A stretch of DNA of 64,000 nt from Desulfovibrionaceae bacterium (GCA_015709205.1 JACCQO010000004.1:125552-189551); one strand, 5' to 3'. Numbered from the stretch's first letter, positions 25,612-35,177 are shown. Notes: generated from the letters alone by a model not told the origin. A program made the numbers and translations.

Positions 25612-25630
25612 AATAGGAACTATTCTTATC
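25612..25630 (-). promoter_or_regulatory. 7-3-7 inverted repeat just upstream of the fur-family gene RBS (possible autoregulatory box)
   Basis: ATAGGAA-cta-TTCTTAT: the arms match in 6/7 positions, and 11/19 positions match the classical Fur box GATAATGATAATCATTATC. It sits in an AT-rich patch. Confidence 0.3.
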
Positions 25631-26066
25631 CGATCTTTCTGTCAAGCCAAGAAAAAGAAAAGGGCGGATATCCGCGCCCGGTCCGGGCCCATCCCGACCC
25701 GGCGCCCTCCCTGGCTGCCACGACCGCCTATCCTCCTGAAAAAGCTTGCCTAACCTGCCGGTTTCATGGAATAGAAGACGGGCGATCCGCGGCGCGACCG
25801 CCGTTTCGCAGCACATCCGCACCGCAAGCGATGCGGCGCCCCCGAGTTTGCCGGCCGGATTTCCGGGCCGGGATTCCGGGCCGCCGTTCAGAAACCGGCA
25901 CAGGCCAAACCGCGTCCGGCCTCCGACCGCCATGGGCGGCCGTGGCCGACCGGAACCTGGGCAGCCCGGACCGATGGTCCAGTGCGCCCGGACCGCGCGG
26001 GCGGGCCACGGCCACGCCCCGGGGAGCGGTGCAGACGCTCCCCGGCGGCCACAGAGGGGAGGTCGC

Positions 26067-27422
26067 ATGCCCGAAGCGTTGCACGATGTTTCCGTCCTGC
26101 TTGTGGAAGAAACCCCGTTCGTCCGCGAGCAGGCCGCGACCGCTTTGCGCCGGCTCGCCCGCACCGTGCACGCTCCCGGCGACCTCGCCGAAGCCGTCGC
26201 CCTGCTGCGCAGGCCCCCATCCGGCGTGCGCCCCGAACGCCCCGGCGATCCGCCTGCGGACGCCCCGCCCGCCCCACCCGACATCGCGATCGTCGCCGCC
26301 CTTCCCGCGCTGGACGACGAACTCGGCCTGGGTGCGGCCCTGGCGCGCAGGCGCCCGGCCCTGCCCCTTCTGCTGGCCTGCCCGGCAGACCAGCCCGCCC
26401 TGCTGCGCCGCGCCGCGGCGGCCGACGCCGACGGCCTGCTGCCCATCCCCTGCCCGCCCGAGGTGCTGGCCCGCGCCGTGGACAACCTGGCCGAACTGGC
26501 CCTGCTGCGCCGCGCCAAGGCCCAGGAGGACCGAACCCTGGGCCGCCTGCTCGACCTCGCGCCGGACCCGGCCCTGATCGCCGAAGGCGGGCGCGTGCTC
26601 TGCGCCAATCCCGCCCTGCTGCGCGCCGTGGGGCTGCTCTCCTTCCAAGGACTCGCGGCCGTTGCGCGCGGGTTCGACGCCTTTGTGGCCGAGTGCGGGC
26701 ACACACCCTACGCCGGGAACGGCGGCGCGTGGCTCGCGGCCCTGCGCGACGCCCCGGATGCGTTGCGCGTGCTGCGCCTGGCCCACCCCGAGCACGCGGA
26801 GTTGCCGGGGCACGCGTTCCAGGCCGTGATCGAGCCGCTCCCGGGGGCGGACCGCGCACTGGTGCGTTTCGCGAAGGCGGAGGCCGCCGAGGACGAGGCT
26901 CCGGCCCACTGCCTGGCGGAGGGGGCCGACCCCCTGACCGGCGCATGCAACCGGGCCGGATTCATGGACCTGCTGGAGCGCGAACAGCGCCAGACCGACG
27001 GCCGCGCCGCCGGTTTTTCCCTGGTCATGTTCGATGTGGACCGCTTCCAGGACGTCATCGACGGCTTCGGCCGCAAGACCGGGGACAGGGTGCTCCGGGA
27101 GGTGGCCTCGCGGGTGCGCGAGAATATGCGCGACCGCGACGTGCTGGCGCGCTGGGGCGGCGACGTCTTCCTGGTCCTGGCGCCCGGCTCGGATCTGGCG
27201 CGGGCCACGCGCATAGCGGAGCGGTTGCGGCGCAAGATCGAGGCCCACGACTTCGAGGGCGTGCCCTCGGTGGTCACGGCCAGCTTCGGCGTGGCGCGGC
27301 ACGAGGCCGGGGAATCCGTGGAGGACCTGCTGCGGCGCGTGGATGCGGCCCTGCGCCGGGCCCGGGCTGGGGGCCGCAACCGCGTGGTGGTGGCCGATCC
27401 GGAAACGCGGCGGGTGAGCTGA
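26067..27422 (+). CDS. Pseudo-receiver - PAS-like - GGDEF-domain protein with degenerate GGDVF site
   Basis: Start ATG 26067 (RBS GAGGGGAGG); the upstream part of track ORF 25746.. is Arg/Pro junk. The REC-like N-terminus lacks the acceptor Asp (DIAIVAALPALDD). The GGDEF domain reads ARWGGDVFLVLAPG. Confidence 0.8.
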   Translation: MPEALHDVSVLLVEETPFVREQAATALRRLARTVHAPGDLAEAVALLRRPPSGVRPERPGDPPADAPPAPPDIAIVAALPALDDELGLGAALARRRPALPLLLACPADQPALLRRAAAADADGLLPIPCPPEVLARAVDNLAELALLRRAKAQEDRTLGRLLDLAPDPALIAEGGRVLCANPALLRAVGLLSFQGLAAVARGFDAFVAECGHTPYAGNGGAWLAALRDAPDALRVLRLAHPEHAELPGHAFQAVIEPLPGADRALVRFAKAEAAEDEAPAHCLAEGADPLTGACNRAGFMDLLEREQRQTDGRAAGFSLVMFDVDRFQDVIDGFGRKTGDRVLREVASRVRENMRDRDVLARWGGDVFLVLAPGSDLARATRIAERLRRKIEAHDFEGVPSVVTASFGVARHEAGESVEDLLRRVDAALRRARAGGRNRVVVADPETRRVS

Positions 27423-27734
27423 CCCCGGCGCCGCCGCCCGGGCGGGACGCCACCGGCCGGGAAGAACCGGCCCATCGCCTGGCCCCGACGTGCCCGCCCC
27501 GCCGCCTGCGCCCGACGGCGGGCGCAAAAAAACCGGACGGATCCGGGAGTTCGGCCCAACCGGCCGGGCGGCCCCTGCGGCCGGTTCCATTTCTCTGTTT
27601 CCGCCCGACGCCGACGGTTCGCCCCACCCCTTCCGCGCCCCCGGATATCCCGGCCTGACCGGCAGGCCGGAGCGCCACCGGCGGACCGCCGGCCCCGCGC
27701 CTTCCCCCGGCATCGGGCCGGATCGCCCGGGCGG

Positions 27735-28391
27735 CTAGTCCTCGGACAGGGGCAGGCCGGAATCCGCGCCCATGAGCAGCCCCGCCTCGCGGGCCCAGGC
27801 CACGAGCCGGGCCACGGAATGCACGCCCGCCTTGCGCAGGATGTTCGAGCGGTGCTTCTCCACGGTCTTGACGCTGATGAACAGCCGCTCGGCGATGTCC
27901 TTGCTCTTGAGCCCCCGGGCAACCAGCTCCAGGACCTCGAGCTCCCGGCGCGTGAGCACGTGCCGCTGCGAGTCCGTGCGCTCCACCGCCGCGGCCAGGG
28001 TCTTGTCCACGTAGGTGCCGCCCGCGAGCACCGTATCGATGGCCTGCGCCAGCTCCTTCTGGTCCGCGCTCTTGTGCACGAATCCGTTGGCCCCGGCGTC
28101 CATGGCCATGCGATAGAGGGTGGCGTCCTCATAGCCCGTGAGAATGAGCACGCGGCAAGGGGACTCGGCCGCGCGGATGGCCCGGGTGGCGTCGATGCCG
28201 TTCATCACCGGCATGTTCACGTCCACCAGGACCACGTCCGGATCGTACTCGGCCACGGCCTGCACGAGATCGCGGCCGTTGCCGACCTCGGCGATGATGG
28301 AGAGGTCGGGGTTGTGCGCGGCCAGAAGATGGCGCACTCCCTGCCGGAGCAGGGCGTGGTCCTCGGCTATCACCAGTTTGATCCGGCTCAC
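27735..28391 (-). CDS. NarL/FixJ (LuxR-HTH) family response regulator
   Basis: REC features are IKLVIAEDHALLRQG, DVVLVDVNMPVMNG, VLILTGYED. The LuxR HTH is LTRRELEVLELVARGLKSKDIAERLFISVKTVEKHRSNILRK. The probable start is GTG 28391; the track ATG is at 28478. Confidence 0.88.
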   Translation of the reverse strand: MSRIKLVIAEDHALLRQGVRHLLAAHNPDLSIIAEVGNGRDLVQAVAEYDPDVVLVDVNMPVMNGIDATRAIRAAESPCRVLILTGYEDATLYRMAMDAGANGFVHKSADQKELAQAIDTVLAGGTYVDKTLAAAVERTDSQRHVLTRRELEVLELVARGLKSKDIAERLFISVKTVEKHRSNILRKAGVHSVARLVAWAREAGLLMGADSGLPLSED

Positions 28392-28870
28392 TGCGTCGCG
28401 CCCCCTGTACAGCCGCGATCTCCGATTCAGGCTTGCGAACGGTGGCGGGGTGTTAGGCCCCCCTTCGCCACAATGCATACATTCTAATATGTTGTCTTAC
28501 CCTTTTTCCCACACCACCGCAACTCCCCCTGGAGCCGACCGCATAAACCCACCAAAATACCTCACGCTTTTTCCCAAAAGAAAAATTCCATAAAAAAACC
28601 CGCGCGGTTACGACCACGACGGGCAGTGGCGGGCGAACCGCCGGGAGCTTCAATCGGCCCTTCCGTCGCGAAGCCACCCCCCAATGGTGGGCCTTGCGGC
28701 GCTGGCTCCGCGACGGATGAAAGCCGATACTCCAAATATGGCCCCCCCATATTACCCGCGCCGGGCGGCGGGCAAAGTAGGGAAACTACGTATTTTCATG
28801 CGCATGCCGGTTTTCATTCCTTCAGCGCGGTGCTATCGTCGACCCGCCCGCTCAACCCCGGCGACCGACC

Positions 28871-29254
28871 ATGAACCACGAACCTCCCGTAGCTCGAATC
28901 GACTATGGCCTGAAGGCCATCATCCCGGCATTCTTCCAGAACCTGCGCGACGACATGGAGCGCATCCGCGCGGCCATGGCCGCACGCGCCCCGTCCGAGG
29001 CCGGGCGCGTTGCCCACGGCCTCAAGGGCGCGTGCCTGGGCTTCGGGTTTGCCCATGCCGCGGAACTGGCCCGGCGCTTGGAAACCGCCATCGCCGGCAG
29101 CCACGTCCTGACCGCCCCGCCGGGCAACGGCCGCGCCGAAAACGGCGGGGGCGCCGCCCTGTCGAGCGACGCCCCCTGGCAGATTGCCCTGCGCGACCTG
29201 GCCCACCACGTGGACACCGTGCGCGTGGAATACGTGGACACCGGCCAGTTCTAG
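28871..29254 (+). CDS. Stand-alone Hpt (histidine phosphotransfer) domain protein
   Basis: 127 aa. The HxxKG motif reads RVAHGLKGACLGFGFAHAAELARRLE, in a four-helix-bundle-like context. Confidence 0.75.
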   Translation: MNHEPPVARIDYGLKAIIPAFFQNLRDDMERIRAAMAARAPSEAGRVAHGLKGACLGFGFAHAAELARRLETAIAGSHVLTAPPGNGRAENGGGAALSSDAPWQIALRDLAHHVDTVRVEYVDTGQF

Positions 29255-29348
29255 GACAGGCCCGCCGCCCCTCGGCCCGGCCCGGACGCCCTGCCCAGCG
29301 GGCGCCCGGCGCGACCCCCGGCGGACCTTCCGGCCCCCCCGCAAAAAC

Positions 29349-29681
29349 CTACATGGCCGCCTGCAGTTCCTTCTCGCCCTTGCGCATCAGGTAGCCGCCG
29401 GCCTCCAGCGGGCTCACCAGGGCCTCGCGCACGGAGCGGCGCTCCTCCACCAGGGCGTAGCCGAGTTCGCGGGCCATCTGCAGCAGCGGCTCCACATTGC
29501 CCGTGATCCTCATGATCTCCAGCAGCGTCTCGGCACCCAGCTTCGCCCCTTCGTCATAAGAATTCAGCTCACGCATCAGGGTCGGGTACGGCTTGCCGAT
29601 CTCCAGCGCAACGGCCTTGGCGGGCATGCGGCCTTCGAGAACGACTTCCTGGACGATCTTGGTGAGTTCTGCATTCTTCAT
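29349..29681 (-). CDS. Small putative DNA-binding protein (phage CII/CP76-like HTH), 110 aa
   Basis: ATG 29681 has AGGGGGA upstream. The sequence is MKNAELTKIVQEVVLEGRMPAKAVALEIGKPYPTLMRELN... The family call is weak. Confidence 0.55.
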   Translation of the reverse strand: MKNAELTKIVQEVVLEGRMPAKAVALEIGKPYPTLMRELNSYDEGAKLGAETLLEIMRITGNVEPLLQMARELGYALVEERRSVREALVSPLEAGGYLMRKGEKELQAAM

Positions 29682-30131
29682 GATGGTTCCCCCTTGGAAG
29701 AATAGGTGCAATCGATGCCTCTCCTCTTGGAAGAACCGTGCCGAAAATATCGATTTCCAATATCCCACTGATTATTAAGAAATTTATCTCGCAAATTCAT
29801 ACCGTGCCCGGATACGGAAGTCTGGCAACTTTTGTCCATGCCCAACGCGCGGCAACGAGCCCGGCGCCGCGCCGACGTCCCGGGGCCCTGCATTCACGGC
29901 ACGTTGCCCGCGCCTGCCCGGTGGTGCCCAAGGTTGCCGTGCGGACAAAAGTTGCCACGGTTTTATACGCTCTATCGCCGCTGCAAAGGGATTGATATCA
30001 AAGAACTTCGATGCTCGTTATTTTTTTTATCTATACGCCCCATGGCACGACGGCCCCGGCCCGGCCGCCCGGGAACACGCCCCCGGCCCTGCGTTCCACG
30101 TCCCTGCGGAGGGACGCGAAACGGCCGCGGA

Positions 30132-31607
30132 TCAGGAACCGGAGCGGCGCAGCCGCTTGGAGAGGGCCTGGTGGGAGATGCCGAGCATGGCGGCGGCGAT
30201 GCGCAGATTGTGGTCCGAACGGTTCAAGGCCTCGTTCACCAGGCTTTCCGTGGCCTGGCGGATGGTCGGCAGCCGGGGCATGGAGGCCCACAACCCCGCG
30301 CCGTCGTCCTCGCCGTCTCTTCCGCCCTGGCCACCCGGGCCCTGGCCGGACGCTTCCGCCTCGCACAGTTCGCCGCTCTGGCGCATGTGCTCCTTGAAGA
30401 CCTCCATGGACAGGGTGCGCGAGGAGTGGCGCGAGAGGGCGTCGTAGATCATGGCGCGCAGCTCGCGCACGTTGCCCGTGAAGTGGCAGGTGCGCAACAG
30501 GGTCAGCAGTTCCGCGGGATAGGCCGGCCGCTTCTTGCCGAACTCGCGGGCGGCCTGCTCCAGGAAGTGCTCCAGGAGCAGGGGAATGTCGTCGGCGCGG
30601 TCGCGCAGGGGCGGGATGCGGATGTGGTGGGTGGTCAGCCGGTAGTAGAGGTCGCGGCGGAAGGTGCCCGCGGCCTGCAGGTCGCGCACATCCTTGTGCG
30701 TGGCCGCGATGATGCGCGCGTCCGTGGGCCGCGGCGCGTCCGCGCCCAGGGGCATGTACTCGCGCTCCTGCAGTACGCGCAGCAGCTTGATCTGCGAGGC
30801 CTCGGGCAGGTCGCCGATCTCGTCCAGGAACAGGGTGCCGGACGCCGCGCTCTCGATGAGCCCGGGCCGGGCCGTTTCCGCACCCGTGAACGCGCCCTTG
30901 CGGTGGCCGAAGAGCGTGTCCGCGAAGACCTGGTCGTCCAGCCCGGCCGCGTTCACGGCCACGAACTCGCCGCTGCGCTCGGACAGGTCGTGCAGGGCGC
31001 GGGCGAAGAGTTCCTTGCCCGTGCCGGTCTCGCCGGTGATGAGCACGGGCTCCTGGCCCGGGGCCACGGCCTCGCAGTAGCGGAAGATGGCCCGCATCTT
31101 GGCCGTGCAGGTCAGGATGCGCGAAAAGGCCCCGGGGTTGCGCAGCTCCTCGTCCAGCAGGGAGCGCGAGAGCATGTCGTTCTGCAGGCGCAACCGGCGC
31201 ATCTGCACGGCGCGGGCCACGCTGGCCGTGAGCCGGTCGCGGTCCAGGGGCTTGAGGATGTAGTCGAAGGCCCCGCGGTGCATGCAGGCCACGGCGGTCT
31301 CCACGTCGTTGACCCCGGTGATGACCAGCACGGGAATGTCCGGGTGCTCCCGGGAGAGATGCTCGAGCACCTGCTCTCCGGGCATGGCGGGCATGATCAG
31401 GTCCAGGAGCACGGCCACGACCCCGCCCTCGGCCACGATCTCCAGCCCCTCGCGCGCGTCGGTCACGGCCACCGTGTCCTCGAAGCCCACGCCCCACAGC
31501 GCGGTCTCGTAGCTCATGAGCGCCTGACGCTCGTCGTCGATGAGCAGGATGCGTTCCCTGACAGGGGAGCCGGAAGGAGCGACGGAGGCGGAGGGGGAGG
31601 CGGTCAT
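30132..31607 (-). CDS. Sigma54-dependent response regulator (NtrC family: REC + AAA+ + Fis-type HTH)
   Basis: These are the last 491 codons of track ORF 30132..34154. REC features are RILLIDDE, VLLDLIMPAMPG. Walker A is GETGTGKE. GAFTGA loop, ESAASGTLFLDEI and RELRA are present. The HTH is NLRIAAAMLGISHQALSKRLRR. ATG 31607 overlaps the kinase stop. Confidence 0.93.
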   Translation of the reverse strand: MTASPSASVAPSGSPVRERILLIDDERQALMSYETALWGVGFEDTVAVTDAREGLEIVAEGGVVAVLLDLIMPAMPGEQVLEHLSREHPDIPVLVITGVNDVETAVACMHRGAFDYILKPLDRDRLTASVARAVQMRRLRLQNDMLSRSLLDEELRNPGAFSRILTCTAKMRAIFRYCEAVAPGQEPVLITGETGTGKELFARALHDLSERSGEFVAVNAAGLDDQVFADTLFGHRKGAFTGAETARPGLIESAASGTLFLDEIGDLPEASQIKLLRVLQEREYMPLGADAPRPTDARIIAATHKDVRDLQAAGTFRRDLYYRLTTHHIRIPPLRDRADDIPLLLEHFLEQAAREFGKKRPAYPAELLTLLRTCHFTGNVRELRAMIYDALSRHSSRTLSMEVFKEHMRQSGELCEAEASGQGPGGQGGRDGEDDGAGLWASMPRLPTIRQATESLVNEALNRSDHNLRIAAAMLGISHQALSKRLRRSGS

Positions 31608-34546
31608 GCGGCGTCCTTTGGCTGCGCGCCCCGGGCAGGCCCGGACGGCGGAGATTGCTTCGTTTTCCGCCTCCCGTGCAGGTGGGCTGCGGGCAGGGAA
31701 ATGGTCACGCACGTCCCCTTGCCGGGTGTGGATTCGAAGATCAGGTCGCCGCCGTGCTCCTTGATGATCGTGTTGGAGATGGACAGCCCCAGGCCCATGC
31801 CGCCCTGCTCGCGCTTGGTGGTGAAGAAGGGGTCGAAGACGCGGGCCAGGTCCTGCGGGGCGATGCCCTCGCCCTGGTCCTGCACGGCCACGCACACGCG
31901 CCCGGCGTCCGCTTCGTAGGAGGTGCGCACGGACAGGGCCCGGTCCGGCGCGGGCAGGGCCTGGCAGGCGTTGAGCAGCACGTTGACGAAGACCTGTTCC
32001 AGGCGGCCGAAATTGCCGCGCACCATGGGCAGCGTCTCGGCGTAGTCCGCGAAAAAATGCGCGGTGGAGCGTTTGAGGGTGTTGGCCAGCAGGGTCAGGC
32101 TGGCGTGGATGAGTTCGTTGACGTCCACCTCGCCGTCCAGGGAGGGCGAATCGTCCTGGCGCGCGAAGTCCTTCATGCTGTGGACGATGTCCTTGATGCG
32201 CCGCGCGCCCTCCTTGATGCCGTCCACGAGCAGGGGAATGCGGTCGCGCATCTTGGAAAAGGGCACGCCCGCCAGGCGGAAGGGCCCATGCTCCGCGGCA
32301 TAGGCGTCGAGCAGCGGCAGGGCAGCGCTCCAGGCGTCCTCCAGGATGGGCACGTTGACCATGATGAAGTTGTTGGGATTGTTGACCTCGTGGGCCACGC
32401 CCGCGGAGAGGATGCCCAGGGAGATCATCTTGTCCGCGTGGATGAGCTGCTGCTCGCGCTGGCGCGCGGCCTCCTCGGCGCGCAGCAGCGGGGTGATCTC
32501 GTTGGCGTACACGTTGATGTAGCCGCCGTCCGGGAACGGGGCCAGGGCCAGGGAATAGGCCCGGCCGTCGGCAAAGCGCAGTTCCGAGGTGGCCAGCCCC
32601 TGGCGCCTGAAGGCCGCGCGCACCTCGTCGCCGAACTCGCCCCCGGCGCGGCCGCCCAGGGAGAGCTTCAGCGCCGCCAGCAGGTGTTCGCTGGCCTTGT
32701 TGGCGAAGAGCAGCACCCCGTCGGGCGACAGGCGCAGCACCGGATTGGGGTTCTCGCTGGGAAAGCGCGCCAGGTTGCGCATCTCGTCCTCGGCGGCCTT
32801 GCGCGCGGTGATGTCGCGGGCCACGGCCACGACCGTCTCCACCGCCCCGGCCACGTCTCGCTCCGGGGCCACCACGCACTGATAGTGCCGCCGCCCGCCG
32901 CGAACCTCCAGGGCAAACTCCACCGTGCGCAGCCGCCCGAAGGCGAAGACCTCCTCGCGGGTCCGGTCCCAGCCGTCCTCGCCCTTGATCAGGCAGATCT
33001 CGCTGCAGGTCCGGCCGACGACGCGCGAGGGATCGAGCCCCGTGGCCTCGACCACCGCGGGGTTGGTGTAGAGCAGGCGGCCCGTGCGGTCCAGGCGCAT
33101 GATCAGGTCCGGCGAGTTCTCCGCCAGGGCCTTGAACTCCTTGCGGCTCTGCTCCAGGGCCTCCTCGGCCTGCTTGCGCTCGGTGATGTCCACGGCGCAG
33201 CCGATGTAGCGCAGGCTCCCGTCCAGCCAGTCGTCGGCGCGGCGGCCGCGGATCTGCATCCAGCGGAGCTCGCCGTCGCGGGTGATGACCCGGAGTTCGT
33301 GGGCCAGGGGCGCGTGCGTGCCCGTGCCCATGCGCGCGGCGAACTGCCGCAGCGGGGGCAGGTCGCCGGCGGGCACCAGGGCCGTCCACTCGGCCAACTC
33401 CGGGCCCAGTTCCTCCTCGGCAAAGCCGAGCAACCGCTTGAGATTGATGTCCCCGCCGAAACGGCGGCGACGCGGCCAGTATTCCCAGACGCCGGTGTTG
33501 CCGTGGGCCATGGCCTGGGAAAACAGTTCGCGGCTGCGGCGCACGGCCTGCTCGGCCAAACGGCGGCGGGTCATGTCGCGCACGAAGACCGCGGCCATGT
33601 CCGGCACGCCCTCGGCGTTGCAGATCGGCGTGATCTGCACGTCGGTGTAATGCTGGTCGAACTGCTCCTCGAAGCGCACCGCGGTGTTGGAACGAATCAC
33701 CGTGCGGATGCGCTCCAGGCGCTGGTCGTAGAGATTTTCCGGATACAGGCTGCGCGCCTCGCGGCCCACGATCTCTGCGGCGGTCATGCCGAAACGCCGG
33801 GCGTAGCGCTCGTTGGTCGCGCGGATGACGCCGCCCGCGTCGATGAGGTAGGCCATGTCCATGGTCGCGTTGAGCAGCGTCCAGACCGTGCGTTCGCGCT
33901 GGCGCAGCACCTCCTGCACGCGCTTGCGCTCGGCCACCTCGGCCTCCAGGGCCTCGTTGCGCGCCATAAGCGCACGGGTGCGTCCGGTGGCCTGTCGCCC
34001 TTCCGAGGCCTCGCGGTCCGTGGCGTCCTCCACGAGCATGGTCACGCGGCCGCCTTCGCCCGGGGCCAGGCTCAGCTGCAGCCAGCCGTCCCGGCCGCCG
34101 AATCCGAGCATCGCCTTGGTCTCGCGGCGCACGATGCGCCCGGTCGTCGCGCAAAGCTCCAGGTCCTCGACGACCTCGGGCCGCCCCGCGAGCAGCTCCG
34201 CCGCCGCGCCGCCCACCAGGCCGCCCACCGAGCCGCCCGTGCGCATCAACGCGGCGCGGTTGCAGCCGCCGAGCACGAAGCCGTTCCCGGTGCGCTCCCA
34301 GATGAGCAGCGGGGCGACCACGATGTCGTAGCGACTGGCCGCGCGGGACTCGGGCGAACCGTCCTCGGCCAGTCGGCCTCCCGCGTCGAGCAACCCCTCC
34401 AACTCGGCCACGCGGTTGCGCAGCCGCTCGAGCTCCAGGGCCGTCTCGGGCATGCCGGGCCCCCCGGGAATCGCCTCGCCAGTGCGAACCGCACCGCCGG
34501 AGACGGCCCCGTCCGGGACAGGATGCGGTGGATACACGGATTTCAT
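31604..34546 (-). CDS. Cytoplasmic multi-PAS sensor histidine kinase (NtrB-like H-box)
   Basis: 980 aa with a coiled-coil N-terminus and at least four PAS/PAC repeats (several blocks of the type RTVWTLLNATMDMAYLID). H-box GVAHEVNNPNNFI. ATPase features are NVLLNACQAL, DQGEGI, GMGLGLSISN. It has no TM segment. Confidence 0.9.
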   Translation of the reverse strand: MKSVYPPHPVPDGAVSGGAVRTGEAIPGGPGMPETALELERLRNRVAELEGLLDAGGRLAEDGSPESRAASRYDIVVAPLLIWERTGNGFVLGGCNRAALMRTGGSVGGLVGGAAAELLAGRPEVVEDLELCATTGRIVRRETKAMLGFGGRDGWLQLSLAPGEGGRVTMLVEDATDREASEGRQATGRTRALMARNEALEAEVAERKRVQEVLRQRERTVWTLLNATMDMAYLIDAGGVIRATNERYARRFGMTAAEIVGREARSLYPENLYDQRLERIRTVIRSNTAVRFEEQFDQHYTDVQITPICNAEGVPDMAAVFVRDMTRRRLAEQAVRRSRELFSQAMAHGNTGVWEYWPRRRRFGGDINLKRLLGFAEEELGPELAEWTALVPAGDLPPLRQFAARMGTGTHAPLAHELRVITRDGELRWMQIRGRRADDWLDGSLRYIGCAVDITERKQAEEALEQSRKEFKALAENSPDLIMRLDRTGRLLYTNPAVVEATGLDPSRVVGRTCSEICLIKGEDGWDRTREEVFAFGRLRTVEFALEVRGGRRHYQCVVAPERDVAGAVETVVAVARDITARKAAEDEMRNLARFPSENPNPVLRLSPDGVLLFANKASEHLLAALKLSLGGRAGGEFGDEVRAAFRRQGLATSELRFADGRAYSLALAPFPDGGYINVYANEITPLLRAEEAARQREQQLIHADKMISLGILSAGVAHEVNNPNNFIMVNVPILEDAWSAALPLLDAYAAEHGPFRLAGVPFSKMRDRIPLLVDGIKEGARRIKDIVHSMKDFARQDDSPSLDGEVDVNELIHASLTLLANTLKRSTAHFFADYAETLPMVRGNFGRLEQVFVNVLLNACQALPAPDRALSVRTSYEADAGRVCVAVQDQGEGIAPQDLARVFDPFFTTKREQGGMGLGLSISNTIIKEHGGDLIFESTPGKGTCVTISLPAAHLHGRRKTKQSPPSGPARGAQPKDAA

Positions 34547-34669
34547 ATCATTATATCCTTACCTCAATTACCGCTGCTTTCCTAGCCCCGGCGGACCTTG
34601 GGGCGTTTGCACCCACGACCGTCTTGGTCTAGGGTGCGGGCACACCCCAACCGCAATAAGGAGAACTCC

Positions 34670-35098
34670 ATGCCCGCAGCCAAGAAGGGCGACCGCGTCC
34701 AGGTCCACTACACCGGCACCTTTCCGGACGGAGAGCAGTTCGACACCTCGCGGGGAGCCGAGCCCCTGGAATTCGTCCTCGGAGAGGGCACGCTGATCCC
34801 CGGGTTCGAAAAGTGTCTCGTCGGCATGTCGCCCGGCGACACCAAGACCGTGACCATCCCGCCCGAGGACGCCTACGGCGAGCGCAGCGAAGCCTCCGTG
34901 GCCACCGTGGAGCGCGACCGCCTGCCCGACGATATCGCGCCCGAACTGGGCATGATGCTCCAACTGACCACCGAAGACGGACAGGTGGCCCACGCCTTCA
35001 TCGCCGAGGTCACGGAGACCGAGGTCACGCTGGACGCCAACCACCCCCTGGCCGGACGCGAACTGGTCTTCGAGATCAGCCTGGAAGCCATTCTCTAG
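34670..35098 (+). CDS. slyD: FKBP-type peptidyl-prolyl cis-trans isomerase (SlyD-like, short form)
   Basis: ATG 34670 has AAGGAG upstream. Features are KGDRVQVHYTGTFPDGEQFDTS, LEFVLGEGTLIPGFEKCLVGMSPGD and an IF-domain insert ending HPLAGRELVFEISL. Confidence 0.9.
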   Translation: MPAAKKGDRVQVHYTGTFPDGEQFDTSRGAEPLEFVLGEGTLIPGFEKCLVGMSPGDTKTVTIPPEDAYGERSEASVATVERDRLPDDIAPELGMMLQLTTEDGQVAHAFIAEVTETEVTLDANHPLAGRELVFEISLEAIL

Positions 35099-35177
35099 CC
35101 TGCGCCGAGCGGCGCCTCCCGTGTCCGCGGCCGACGCGCCCGGATACCGAAACGGCGCGGACCGCGCCCGCGCGATC

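Noticed and set aside
28621-28730. Structured segment tested by eye against SRP/4.5S, tmRNA, 6S, RNase P and c-di-GMP riboswitch consensus
   Set aside because: None of the conserved cores I remember (for example the GGAAGCAGCC SRP motif or the tmRNA termini) is present. It is reported only as an unexplained hairpin region.
29823-29837. TGGCAACTTTTGTCC itself as a sigma54 promoter
   Set aside because: The TGGCA is present, but the TTG(T) lies two nucleotides too close for the -24/-12 spacing, and -12 lacks GC. The exact inverted copy 120 bp away fits a regulator-binding repeat better.
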